Numbered from the stretch's first letter, positions 37,028-46,408 are shown. The stretch is 64,000 nt of DNA from an uncultured Candidatus Saccharibacteria bacterium (GCA_964532005.1 CAZHER010000003.1:21399-85398), one strand, 5' to 3'. Notes: a model not told the origin generated them from the letters alone. Numbers and translations are program-made.

Positions 37028-38476
37028 CTAATAATTTTTGCACTCGATCTGATTACACATGTAGCCTGTGTATCCTTTGGGCGGATTGTCAAAAACTGCT
37101 TTTAATGTGAAAGCATCGAATGTTTCGCTGACTTCATATACATAATCTTTGCCAGTGCGCGGGTCTTTAGGAATATCTGTCATAAATCGCGGAACCAAAG
37201 ATAGTTTATAGCTTTCTTCGGTTGGAAATACTTTTCGTTCCGGAGCAGTGATGTCTATATTACTATCCGAGTATAGACCCAAGGCTAAGGCAATATTTTC
37301 AACGTCGCGTTTTCTCTTTTCGTCGTTGGCGCTGGCATTGTTTTTAATTTGATCCAGTTCAGCTTGCTGACTTCCGTATTTAATAACTAAATTTTGCGTT
37401 TCGCTGAAGTATAGAAGAGTAAATTCTTGGTTATTGTTGGAGGCTACATAGCCGTAAACATATTTGTCTTTGTTTATAGGATCGTCGTAGTTGGTTGCGA
37501 CCGCCACATAAGATTTTACTTGGCTGGCCATATCTGCAAAGCTGTCAGTAGCTGGATAACTGCCTCTTGCAGACTTGTATTTCAAGAGACCAGCAGCAAT
37601 CTTTTGAATCGTATTGGATCTTTGGGTATCCCTAGCCAGCTTGGCTGTTGGTGACTGGTCTATAGATGAATCTATATCAGAGCTATCAGTAGGCATGTCA
37701 ATTGAAAGATCGGTAAACTCATATTGCTTTAACGCATCAGCTCCTAATGTTTTTATTGTTGGCTGGTGCAGACCCTTGCTTTTTATTTTGTCTTTGATTT
37801 CCTGAAGTTGCGTTTCGCTAAATTTTACATTAGTTGTAATATCATATCCTCCCCGAGCGAAGTCGGAATCCTTATAATCTTCCCCGGAATTGGTGCGGTC
37901 GGTCAAAGGACTTCCTCCAAAAACATGGACTTCATCTCCGTCAGCCAAGCCATCAGAATCACTGTCAGAATTATTAGGATCGGTTTTGCTGTTGTATTCT
38001 TCTAAATTGTTTAAACCGTCACGATCGGGATCGGCGTTGTCTGCGCACACTGTTTTATCTTGGCAGTCTTCTGAGCTAAAGTATCTTTTTTGCCATTCAA
38101 CAGGAGTTGTAACATCGCCTTTAATCTCTTCATCATTATCTCTATCAGAATCCGAATTGTCTTCGTTTACTGCTACATTAGTATCGTTGCTTTGATTCTG
38201 TTGTTTGGCATATTTATAACCAAAATAACCAAATACACTCAGTACAACAATAGCTAAAACAACCACAACAATCATCACAATTTTGCGGTTTGAGTGAGGG
38301 ATGGAAAAACCGCTTATTTCCTCGTTTTCCATTACAGGTGTTGCCGAAGATTTTGTTGAACTAACAGCGGGCTGTTTGGAAATTACGGATGGCCCAGAAA
38401 TATTGCGAGGCATTACATTGTAAAATGCTTCTCCTGCTTCCTCTTCTTCTGGATTTACGTTTGGTTTAGGATCCAT
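37028..38476 (-). CDS. membrane-anchored protein with thrombospondin-type-3-like Asp-rich Ca-binding repeats and a C-terminal type IV pilin/pseudopilin-like globular domain
   Basis: TM near the N-terminus; DPDRDGLNNLEEYNSKTDPNNSDSDSDGLADGDE repeats; C-terminal ALALGLY...IPKDPRTGKDYVYEV...FTLKAV resembles GspG/pilin cores. Confidence 0.45.
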   Translation of the reverse strand: MDPKPNVNPEEEEAGEAFYNVMPRNISGPSVISKQPAVSSTKSSATPVMENEEISGFSIPHSNRKIVMIVVVVLAIVVLSVFGYFGYKYAKQQNQSNDTNVAVNEDNSDSDRDNDEEIKGDVTTPVEWQKRYFSSEDCQDKTVCADNADPDRDGLNNLEEYNSKTDPNNSDSDSDGLADGDEVHVFGGSPLTDRTNSGEDYKDSDFARGGYDITTNVKFSETQLQEIKDKIKSKGLHQPTIKTLGADALKQYEFTDLSIDMPTDSSDIDSSIDQSPTAKLARDTQRSNTIQKIAAGLLKYKSARGSYPATDSFADMASQVKSYVAVATNYDDPINKDKYVYGYVASNNNQEFTLLYFSETQNLVIKYGSQQAELDQIKNNASANDEKRKRDVENIALALGLYSDSNIDITAPERKVFPTEESYKLSLVPRFMTDIPKDPRTGKDYVYEVSETFDAFTLKAVFDNPPKGYTGYMCNQIECKNY

Positions 38477-38480
38477 TGGT

Positions 38481-38849
38481 TTATAGGTTCAAAAATAGCT
38501 CTAAAAATGTAAGGAATAACACTAGACATAATTCGACCCACCAGAACAGCAACCCTTGGGAAAGTAGAATAAGCGAAGCAATTAAGAATATTCCCACCAA
38601 AAAAGCTTGGCGAAAACTGACCGCAAGGTTATTTATATACAAACCTTTGCCAAGTTTTAATCTTAAAACCAGCCCTAATACTGTGAACAGTCCAGTTATT
38701 GTTAAAAATAGGCTCGTATAGAAAAACGCATGAGCCATAGCCCCATCGGTAAAAGGGTCAGATAGGTATACAACCGAGATTAGAGACCCTAAACATAGGG
38801 CTGTTCCTACTGCAATTAGTGGTATGTGGCTGAGATGTTTTTCTGTCAT
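38481..38849 (-). CDS. hypothetical polytopic membrane protein
   Basis: Four hydrophobic helices and no motifs. Confidence 0.4.
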   Translation of the reverse strand: MTEKHLSHIPLIAVGTALCLGSLISVVYLSDPFTDGAMAHAFFYTSLFLTITGLFTVLGLVLRLKLGKGLYINNLAVSFRQAFLVGIFLIASLILLSQGLLFWWVELCLVLFLTFLELFLNL

Positions 38850-38882
38850 GAACTGTATTTTGCCTTTTGATTATAACACAAA

Positions 38883-41846
38883 TTAATGCAGATCACCAAA
38901 ACTACATCTATGTTGCTTGGCGAGTTTATGCTCTTTGGCAAATAGGTCGTATTTCACAGTATGTTGTATTTTTAAAGCTGTTTCTAACAACCCCGATTTA
39001 AGTTCCTCTAGTTCTTTATTGCTGGCTAACGGCACCGATAGAGTTTCATTACCATCCAAGAACCAATAGCAAAGGGATTCTACAGGCATCTTGAAATATT
39101 CTTGCGCCGCCCACTGGTATACTCTTAACTGATCCAAATCGCTCCCCTTTTTAGTACTAGGCGCCTTTCCCGTTTTGTAGTCAATAATAATTAGTCCCTT
39201 TTGTCCTTTGTCCGCACGGTCAATTTTTCCACTAAAAGTTATGAGATTACCTTTCTCCCCTAGGTCCATTTGGAAAGATTTTTCTATGAGTTCGAGTTCA
39301 GGCTGTTCTGTAATAGTTCTTTCATAGAAAATTTTGAGAAAGTTTTTTCCTTTGTTACGGAAAGCTTCCTTTTGAGGTTTGTCATCATACCATTCATCAA
39401 TCCAATATTTACCATAAAGCTCCTCTAGGGTTTTTAAAGTCGGTAGGATTATTTTATTTTCCTTAGAAAACAGATCTTGTTGGCGGGAAATTTTGGCTTC
39501 ATGGTACAGCTCCATAAAATGCTGAAAAGTTGAATGAACGGTTATACCAAAACTTAACTGTGGTGCCCCTTTCATAGGAATTTTGAGATACGATCGATAT
39601 TTGTATTCAAGTGGACAGGTAATGAACTGATTTATTGCACTGTATGAGAACCTGGTCGGGATTTGCTTGTAAACGACTTTTTTTGGCTTAGTACTAGAAG
39701 AGTTAAATACAACTTTACCAGTTGCTGTAGTAATTTTGTCGCTTGGTACAAGGTTGGTTTCTTCAAGAAATAGTGAAGGTTTTTTTAATTTTACACCGCC
39801 GTAATCTCTACCCCAAGAAAAATAAAGATTGGTTTTTGCACGAGTCATGGCAACATAGAACAGTCTCCTTTCTTCCTGTAAATGGAAATCGCCCTCAGGC
39901 AGTATGTCTTTGATTAAACTTTCAGGAATTTCTATAGTATCTTTTTTACCTCTAGTGGGAAATCGTTGGTCCACCATATTTATAATGAACACATTTTCGA
40001 ACTCCAGTCCTTTAGCTGCGTGTACGGTCATAATCTTTAATGATTCAGGTCCGGTGTTCGGATCATATTTAATTGGGCCTTCTTCACCGGCTTTGATTTC
40101 CAGATCTAAGTGATTAACAAAACCTCTTAATGTGTGGTCGTCGTTCTCTTGGCTGTACAATTCTATTCTTTTATAAAATTGATCCAAAAATTCACGTTGT
40201 TCAGCATTTTCCAATGTTTCTTCCTCAAGCATTTCTGCTACACCCAGGTCCCCAACAATGTTCACAAACAGTTCAATTGCCGAAATAGAGCCAGTTTGCC
40301 CACTGTGTTTTTGTATCAAGGCAAGAAGCGATTGAATTTTAGTTTCACTTTCTTTTGTGAGTACTGAAACGGCTTCCCTATGCTTTAACGATTCATAAAG
40401 TGAAAGCGTGTGTTTGGCTGAATATTGTGTCAATTGAGCTAAATCATTTTTATCTACAGCGAATTTTGGAAATTGTAGGACGCGGAACAGGCTTTGTGAT
40501 TCATGGTAATTGTCTAGTAATTTCATATAATGTATCAAATCGGATACAATCCGTTTTTTGTACAGACCCTTGTTAGCCATGAAATTATAAGGAATACCTG
40601 CAGAATCCAAGCGTGGCAACACTTCTTCTGCTGCTGAGTTAGCACGGATTAGTATTGCAAAATCGTTCCAGGTTAATTTATCTTGATTTGATTTCAGTTC
40701 CAGAATTTTTTTTATTACCAGATCCAGTTCTTCACTAAGATCTTTGCCTTCTAAAACCTCAATTTTTCCTGTTTTTTTACTAGATTTGTTTTTCAGCCGT
40801 TTGTCTATACCCAGCTCTGTCTCAAGTCTATTTGGGTTGTTTTTCTGGATAAAGTTATACGACAGATCCAAAATAGATTGGCTACTGCGGTAATTTTCTG
40901 TTAGGGTAATCTCCTCAGTTTGTGGAAAATCTTTTTTTAGTTTGAGTATGTTTGAAACTGAAGCCCCACGAAATTTGTATATTGACTGGTCGTCATCGCC
41001 AACAACCACCAATTGCGGGACATGTTCACCACCTCCGGACTCAGTCAGTAATTTAATTAGTTCATATTGAGCATAGTTTGTATCCTGGAATTCATCAATT
41101 AGTACATATTTGAATTTTCTGCGGTATCCTGCCAGTATATTTGGTCTACGCACAAAGAGTTTTATTGCATAGTTTATCAGATCTCCAAAATCTAAATATT
41201 CATTATCTAGGAGCATTTTTTGATAAAGGTGAAAGCTTTCCGCTACTTCTTTTGCTCTGCTAGCTTCAGTGGATTGCTTAATATTTTCTGGGTTTGGTAG
41301 TAGTTCGGCGCTTCCTGTATTTAGTCTAAGTCCTTCGGCGTATTTCAAATAATCTTCCGGATCAATTAGTTCATCTTTGCACTTGCTGAAATGGTCCAAT
41401 AAAGCATCTATAAATTTGTTTGGAGAACCTATGGGTTTGTAGTAGTCGAGCTTAAATTTGTCGAAATTTTTATGGATCAAAATCCATTGCTGTACATTGT
41501 CCAAAAGCTTAAATTCATTGGAAATACCAATATCTAGGCCATGTTGCTTTAGTAGTCGTTCGCAAAAGCTATGGAAGGTAGAGATCCATAAATCATAGTT
41601 TCCCAGTGGCAAGAGTTGGTCAACTCTTTCTTCCATTTCCCCCGCTGCTTTTTCTGTAAATGTAAGAGCTAGAATTTCGTCAGGCTTGGCCAGGCCTTGC
41701 TCTATGAGGTAAGCAATTCTGCGAGTAATCACGGTAGTTTTTCCTGTTCCCGCGCCCGCTACAATTAATAAAGGTCCGCCAGTATGAGTGACGGCCTTTA
41801 GCTGCTGTTCATTAAGGTTTTCTAGCAAATGACCCATATCTGCCAA
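38883..41846 (-). CDS. UvrD/PcrA-family SF1 helicase fused to C-terminal PD-(D/E)xK (RecB/Cas4-like) nuclease domain
   Basis: Walker A AGAGTGKTT, helicase motifs through about 650 aa, and a C-terminal IDRADKGQKGLIIIDYKTGK nuclease motif; 987 aa. Confidence 0.8.
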   Translation of the reverse strand: MADMGHLLENLNEQQLKAVTHTGGPLLIVAGAGTGKTTVITRRIAYLIEQGLAKPDEILALTFTEKAAGEMEERVDQLLPLGNYDLWISTFHSFCERLLKQHGLDIGISNEFKLLDNVQQWILIHKNFDKFKLDYYKPIGSPNKFIDALLDHFSKCKDELIDPEDYLKYAEGLRLNTGSAELLPNPENIKQSTEASRAKEVAESFHLYQKMLLDNEYLDFGDLINYAIKLFVRRPNILAGYRRKFKYVLIDEFQDTNYAQYELIKLLTESGGGEHVPQLVVVGDDDQSIYKFRGASVSNILKLKKDFPQTEEITLTENYRSSQSILDLSYNFIQKNNPNRLETELGIDKRLKNKSSKKTGKIEVLEGKDLSEELDLVIKKILELKSNQDKLTWNDFAILIRANSAAEEVLPRLDSAGIPYNFMANKGLYKKRIVSDLIHYMKLLDNYHESQSLFRVLQFPKFAVDKNDLAQLTQYSAKHTLSLYESLKHREAVSVLTKESETKIQSLLALIQKHSGQTGSISAIELFVNIVGDLGVAEMLEEETLENAEQREFLDQFYKRIELYSQENDDHTLRGFVNHLDLEIKAGEEGPIKYDPNTGPESLKIMTVHAAKGLEFENVFIINMVDQRFPTRGKKDTIEIPESLIKDILPEGDFHLQEERRLFYVAMTRAKTNLYFSWGRDYGGVKLKKPSLFLEETNLVPSDKITTATGKVVFNSSSTKPKKVVYKQIPTRFSYSAINQFITCPLEYKYRSYLKIPMKGAPQLSFGITVHSTFQHFMELYHEAKISRQQDLFSKENKIILPTLKTLEELYGKYWIDEWYDDKPQKEAFRNKGKNFLKIFYERTITEQPELELIEKSFQMDLGEKGNLITFSGKIDRADKGQKGLIIIDYKTGKAPSTKKGSDLDQLRVYQWAAQEYFKMPVESLCYWFLDGNETLSVPLASNKELEELKSGLLETALKIQHTVKYDLFAKEHKLAKQHRCSFGDLH

Positions 41847-41855
41847 TAATTAATA

Positions 41856-42299
41856 TTATTTGCCCGCAATAAATCCTACCCATTGTTGCCATAAATCATT
41901 GCCCTCATCTTTATATCTGACCCAGAATCCTTGGGGGCTGATTATTTCTATGTTTTCGTATTTTTTTAACTCTAACAAATCGTTATCTCGGGTAATTAAA
42001 AAATCTGCTTTTGCTTCCACTGCGCTCTCTAAGATTTTGTTATCTTCTGGGTCCCGAACAATATTTATATTTCTTTTGTTAGCTACTATGGTAATTTGAC
42101 TGAAGAAATCGTTAAGTTCGCGTTCATATTGTGGGTTGTCTATTAACTGTGAGAGAAGTAGTTTGTTTTCTTGCAAAGTCTGTCGATTGGCAAAACTTTC
42201 AATTTTTCCAGTTCGAATTTCGTCGATAATCTGCTTTTCGTATGAATAATCATCTTTAAACCCGTCAATTATTACGTTTGTATCCAGTACTACTTTCAT
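41856..42299 (-). CDS. PIN-domain protein (VapC-like ribonuclease fold)
   Basis: MKVVLDTNVIIDGF... plus a conserved acidic residue pattern; 147 aa; 4-nt overlap with the upstream gene. Confidence 0.6.
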   Translation of the reverse strand: MKVVLDTNVIIDGFKDDYSYEKQIIDEIRTGKIESFANRQTLQENKLLLSQLIDNPQYERELNDFFSQITIVANKRNINIVRDPEDNKILESAVEAKADFLITRDNDLLELKKYENIEIISPQGFWVRYKDEGNDLWQQWVGFIAGK

Positions 42300-43096
42300 T
42301 TATCATCCTCTTTTGGGGTGGATTGGTAATTTGGACTGCGCATCCCTTCTGTTTTTGTAATGTGTGACCTGGTCAGTCCCGGATAGTCCGCGCTAAAAAA
42401 ATTAGATAAATGTACTTTCATCCCTCTTTCTGAAAGTTTTCTAATAGCCATGCCCACACAGCCTTCGAGATCATAGTCGAAATTGCGGGCTCCCTGTTCA
42501 GCTCTTTGCTTCATAAAATTGGCTTCATCCATGTTTGTTTTGTCGCGCTCGTACGTCTTGAACATTTTTAGTATAATGCCACCGACCAGAGCCTCTTTAA
42601 CGCCAGCTTGTATAAAAAGTTCGTAAATTCTATTCCATTCACCTGGCAGTTCATCAGTTTTTGGATTTGGTTCACTAAAATGAGGTCTAGGGTCATTGCT
42701 CAACGTGGGAACATAATAAAGGGTATTATCTGCTTGTTTGACTTCTTTTTGTAGGTATTCTTGAGTCTGCTGCATATTTTTATTCTCTTCAAAAATGAAT
42801 ATTGCCGGAGAATTATTTTTTCCTTTTGATATCAAAGTCCTCAATCCGCGTTCTGTTTCTTCCGCCCTGGGGAACACCTCAGCCCTGTTTGTTTCGTTGA
42901 GTTCAAATAAAGGATGAACCATTATTCGGATCATCCCACCGTATTTTGCTATTCTCTCTTTGAGTTCTAAAACATCTTGAGCATTACTTTCTAGGTCCAT
43001 TTCCAAAAAGTTTTTTTGATATTTTCTTATCTCTTGCAAGTCATTGTGTTCAGGTAAGATCTGCCCCGGTTCAATATTTCTACCTTCTACGGACAT
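42296..43096 (-). CDS. hypothetical protein (unknown function), translationally coupled between the NYN and PIN genes
   Basis: 266-aa ORF that overlaps the NYN gene by 17 nt and the PIN gene by 4 nt. Confidence 0.4.
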   Translation of the reverse strand: MSVEGRNIEPGQILPEHNDLQEIRKYQKNFLEMDLESNAQDVLELKERIAKYGGMIRIMVHPLFELNETNRAEVFPRAEETERGLRTLISKGKNNSPAIFIFEENKNMQQTQEYLQKEVKQADNTLYYVPTLSNDPRPHFSEPNPKTDELPGEWNRIYELFIQAGVKEALVGGIILKMFKTYERDKTNMDEANFMKQRAEQGARNFDYDLEGCVGMAIRKLSERGMKVHLSNFFSADYPGLTRSHITKTEGMRSPNYQSTPKEDDK

Positions 43097-43604
43097 TGTT
43101 TTTTATTGGAATTAAGAATTTTTTTGGTGCCTCATCTAGGTCTATGAAATGATCAGTTAACTCTTTAATTTTTCCACTGCATGATTTTCCAAAAGCAACA
43201 GTTTCGGTGAGCTGACCAGTCATTTGCAAATATTCCAAAAGTGGCACGAAGTCACCATCGCCAGAAGCAAGCACCACAACGTCCAACTTGCTCATTTGCT
43301 TAATAATGTCCATAGCAATACCAACGTCCCAATCCCCTTTCTGATGCCCGCCGGCAAAGGTTTGAAGCTCTTTACGCTTGACCTCAAACCCAGCTTTTTC
43401 CAAAGCTTCGAAAAAGGTATGCTCTTCCGGCATATCAGCTTGCACAACATAAGCAATAGCACGAATTAGTTTGCGGCCAGCAACAGCGGTTTTTAAAATT
43501 TCGGCAAAGTTTACTCGAGATCCGTATATATTACGGGCCGAATAATAAAGATTTTGTACATCTACGAATACGCCGACGCGCTGGTCTGGGTTTTGTATGG
43601 ACAT
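43080..43604 (-). CDS. NYN-domain (LabA/YacP-like) putative ribonuclease
   Basis: VGVFVDVQNLYYSAR ... DVGIAMDI ... VVLASGDGDFVPLLE is the typical NYN catalytic Asp arrangement. Confidence 0.75.
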   Translation of the reverse strand: MSIQNPDQRVGVFVDVQNLYYSARNIYGSRVNFAEILKTAVAGRKLIRAIAYVVQADMPEEHTFFEALEKAGFEVKRKELQTFAGGHQKGDWDVGIAMDIIKQMSKLDVVVLASGDGDFVPLLEYLQMTGQLTETVAFGKSCSGKIKELTDHFIDLDEAPKKFLIPIKNNVRRR

Positions 43605-43607
43605 AAA

Positions 43608-44285
43608 TTATTTTTTAGTTTGTTCTGCTAATTCAATTAACTCTTGGCTAGCTTTTCGAGTTTTATGAAAATCATTTTTTATTCCCTCCAATGAATTCAG
43701 TTTGTATTCGTTACCATTTATAACAATGTCGGGATCATTGGCAATATACTCTAGGGTTTGTGCCGCGATTCTAGGAGGTTCTGTGAATGTTGGATAGATA
43801 TCAACCATATATAATCTCGGTTCATGATCCTTGCTAGTTGTGCCGTATATAAAATTTTTAGGTTTTTCCAGTACATCTAGCATAATCCCCCTGTCTCCAT
43901 TAAAAGAATCTTTATACAAGTCAGCCAATGCCGACAGAAACTCATCATATTGGTCGATGTATCTTTGTATATCTTCTTTGTTCAAATCAGCTTTCGGGTC
44001 AACTTTAAGACAGAATATATAAGGAGTTTCATTGCCATTTTTACCATGCCCGTATACAAGGCTAAATTCTGGCACAAACTGTCCTAAACGGGCTTTAATT
44101 AATTTTATAGCACTTTCTAGAGATTCTTTTCTTTTTTCCCACAGCATGTAACCAGCTTCAAAAGTTAGTTTAACCTCTTTTGCTATGTAGTCAGACTTAT
44201 TTTCAATTTCATATATTTCAGTAAATTGTCCATCATTAAATTTGAATTTATCCCCTTTAATGAATGGCTCGTAACCGCGTCTCAT
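43608..44285 (-). CDS. hypothetical protein (unknown function)
   Basis: 225 aa, 3-6 nt spacers to both neighbours, no secure motif. Confidence 0.4.
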   Translation of the reverse strand: MRRGYEPFIKGDKFKFNDGQFTEIYEIENKSDYIAKEVKLTFEAGYMLWEKRKESLESAIKLIKARLGQFVPEFSLVYGHGKNGNETPYIFCLKVDPKADLNKEDIQRYIDQYDEFLSALADLYKDSFNGDRGIMLDVLEKPKNFIYGTTSKDHEPRLYMVDIYPTFTEPPRIAAQTLEYIANDPDIVINGNEYKLNSLEGIKNDFHKTRKASQELIELAEQTKK

Positions 44286-44291
44286 ATGGAT

Positions 44292-45323
44292 TTATTCAAG
44301 TAATTTTTTACTCTCTTCGGAACTTAGTTCTGAAAGTTTTGTTTCTTCAAGCTGTAAGGTAGATGCATTTTGGATACTAGTTTGAAGCTTTGCAAAATCG
44401 TTTGTTACCGTCCCCATAGTATTGCCGGCGTTTTTTATATGATTGGCAAGGACGCCCAAATTTCGTCCAAATTTGTCACTTTCTTGGCGAATCCCACCCA
44501 CCATATGCAGAAGCTGTTCTGCTACCTCATTAACCTGCTGTCCTCGCAAAGCTAGCAAAATTATTTGCAAATGATGGTATAAGGTGTTTGGACTGACTAA
44601 GTATACTTTTTTATTCCTGGCATATTCCATGGTCGCCAGGTCTTCCAGCGCTTCATGGAAAACCCCCTCACTTGGAATGTACATAAGAGCAAAGTCAAAA
44701 GTGTTTTCCTGGGGAAGAATATACTTTTTGTGAATTTCGTCGATACGCTTTCTTACGTCCCGTAAAAATGCTTTTTTTAGGTTTTCTGCAGCAGAGTCTT
44801 CTTTGGCTTCTTTAAACAATCTGAAATTTTCCATGGAAAATTTGCTATCAATGGGAAGAATTTTATCTCCCACCATTACTATCATGTCCACAATTTCACC
44901 ATTTTTGAACTTGTATTGTGATTTGTACGAAGTTTTATTCAAAACTTGGGACAGCATATTTTCTAGCATTTCCTCCCCAAAGTTTCCCCGTGCTTTCGGC
45001 GAAGCCAAAACCTCCGACAGGCGACGTATATCTGGTCCTATCTGCGACATCTCACCAAGCCTACCCTGAAGATCACCAATCACTTTCGCTGCATTGTCTA
45101 GTCTTTGGTTGATTTCTTTGTTTGTGTCATTGATAGTTTTTTGCACAGTGTCTCTGGTCGCGTCAGTCCCGGATTTAATGTCCTTCATCCATTCCATCAT
45201 CATCTTTAGAGTATCACTGTCTTTTGGTTGGTCCAGTTTGCGCTTCAAACTAAAAACTACGGTAATCAAAACCGCAAAACCTGCCACTAAAAGCCCGATA
45301 ATTGCATAAAGCACACCCGTCAT
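44292..45323 (-). CDS. rmuC: DNA recombination protein RmuC-family
   Basis: N-terminal TM, coiled coil, then the RmuC C-terminal nuclease-like core (GNFGEEMLENML...DSKFSMENF...MYIPSEGVF). Confidence 0.75.
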   Translation of the reverse strand: MTGVLYAIIGLLVAGFAVLITVVFSLKRKLDQPKDSDTLKMMMEWMKDIKSGTDATRDTVQKTINDTNKEINQRLDNAAKVIGDLQGRLGEMSQIGPDIRRLSEVLASPKARGNFGEEMLENMLSQVLNKTSYKSQYKFKNGEIVDMIVMVGDKILPIDSKFSMENFRLFKEAKEDSAAENLKKAFLRDVRKRIDEIHKKYILPQENTFDFALMYIPSEGVFHEALEDLATMEYARNKKVYLVSPNTLYHHLQIILLALRGQQVNEVAEQLLHMVGGIRQESDKFGRNLGVLANHIKNAGNTMGTVTNDFAKLQTSIQNASTLQLEETKLSELSSEESKKLLE

Positions 45324-45398
45324 ATCTTTAATTATATCAGGTTTGACTTGTAAAAACTATATATAATTTTAAATACCAGCTTTTGATCCCTTGACAAA

Positions 45399-45425
45399 TT
45401 AGCACTCTCAGTGATAGAGTGCTAA
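45399..45425 (+). promoter_or_regulatory. CIRCE operator (HrcA-binding inverted repeat TTAGCACTC-N9-GAGTGCTAA), perfect consensus, upstream of hsp20
   Basis: Exact 9-bp arms with a 9-nt spacer at 45399-45425. It is flanked by TTGACA (45391-45396) and TATAAT (45430-45435); AAAGGA SD 7 nt before the ATG at 45462. Confidence 0.8.
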
Positions 45426-45461
45426 TAGATATAATATTATTAAAAAAGAAAGGAAAAAAAT

Positions 45462-45875
45462 ATGGCTTTTGACTTAATGCCGCGTTCCTTCTGGAACATC
45501 CCTTCCCGACTTCCTATCTTTGATGAAGACGAGGATTGGAAATCTTTCTTGCCGTCTTCAGGCTTAACAGTTTCTGAAGACGACAAAAGTGTGTATGTAG
45601 AAGCAGCTGTGCCAGGGCTGGATCCTGAAAAGATCGATGTCACATACGACAAAGGTGTGCTTTGGATCCGTGGTAATAACGAAGAAAGAGAAGAAGATAA
45701 GGACAAAAAATTCTACAGAAAAGCGTCCAGTTCTTTCTCTTACAGAGTGGCTATCCCAGGAAATGTAGATGAACATGCAGAGCCCGAAGCTGTATGTAAG
45801 AATGGGGTAATGAAAGTAAGTTTTGCTAAAGTTCCAGAAACCGAGCCTAAAAGGTTAAGCGTTAAAACTGAATAA
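45462..45875 (+). CDS. Hsp20/alpha-crystallin family small heat-shock protein
   Basis: MAFDLMPRSFWN... N-terminus and the ACD core (YVEAAVPGLDPEKIDVTYDKGVLWIRG ... FSYRVAIPGNVDE..AVCKNGVMKVSFAK). Confidence 0.85.
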   Translation: MAFDLMPRSFWNIPSRLPIFDEDEDWKSFLPSSGLTVSEDDKSVYVEAAVPGLDPEKIDVTYDKGVLWIRGNNEEREEDKDKKFYRKASSSFSYRVAIPGNVDEHAEPEAVCKNGVMKVSFAKVPETEPKRLSVKTE

Positions 45876-45886
45876 AGCATATCAAT

Positions 45887-45927
45887 GATAAACGGGAGCA
45901 ACTTTGAAAAGAGCTGTTCCCGTTTAT
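45887..45927. terminator. possible terminator hairpin (aaacgggagca / tgttcccgttt, one mismatch)
   Basis: Long imperfect stem between the convergent hsp20 and small-ORF genes; weak T-tail. Confidence 0.35.
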
Positions 45928-45953
45928 GTTATTGAAAGTTGGGCTAGACCCGG

Positions 45954-46154
45954 CTAGACCCGGTATTTGCGGTTACCCGCAGAGCCGAGGTTTTTTATTT
46001 CCTCAGCCATTTTTTTTCGGTCCTCAAGGACCTTATCTCCCGAGATGCAAAATTCGTTTGCCCTCGGGTCGTCATTCACTCGGACTCGCCCTTCATCACC
46101 CGCCTCTACTCGTTTTTGAGGCTTATGTTCGAAAACCGAACTCTCAAATTCCAT
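45954..46154 (-). CDS. hypothetical small protein (66 aa) in a GC-rich segment
   Basis: GAGGGA SD 8 nt before ATG 46154: MEFESSVFEHKPQKRVEAGDEGRVRVNDDPRANEFCISGDKVLEDRKK... The longer ORF-track start (46241) lacks an SD. Confidence 0.35.
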   Translation of the reverse strand: MEFESSVFEHKPQKRVEAGDEGRVRVNDDPRANEFCISGDKVLEDRKKMAEEIKNLGSAGNRKYRV

Positions 46155-46408
46155 ATAATCCCTCACTTCAAAAAAAATTTGCCACAAGGCTTTTCTAACT
46201 ACTATATTATAGCACGAAATGGACATTTTGTCAATAGCCATAATAAATGGATAAAGAATATCAATAATATTTAATAAAATATATACAAAAACAGACCCCT
46301 CTAGATGGTCTGTTTTTGAACTATCAAAACTATTTGATTAAGTGGAAACCACTTATATCGTATTATAACACATCTTTTCAGTAAATCCTGTGGATTACTA
46401 AAGTAAAA

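Noticed and set aside
45391-45435. TTGACA (45391) and TATAAT (45430) as a standard sigma70 promoter for hsp20
   Set aside because: The hexamers are 33 nt apart, not 16-19, so CIRCE sits between them. The true -35/-10 pairing is unresolved and the promoter call is left open.
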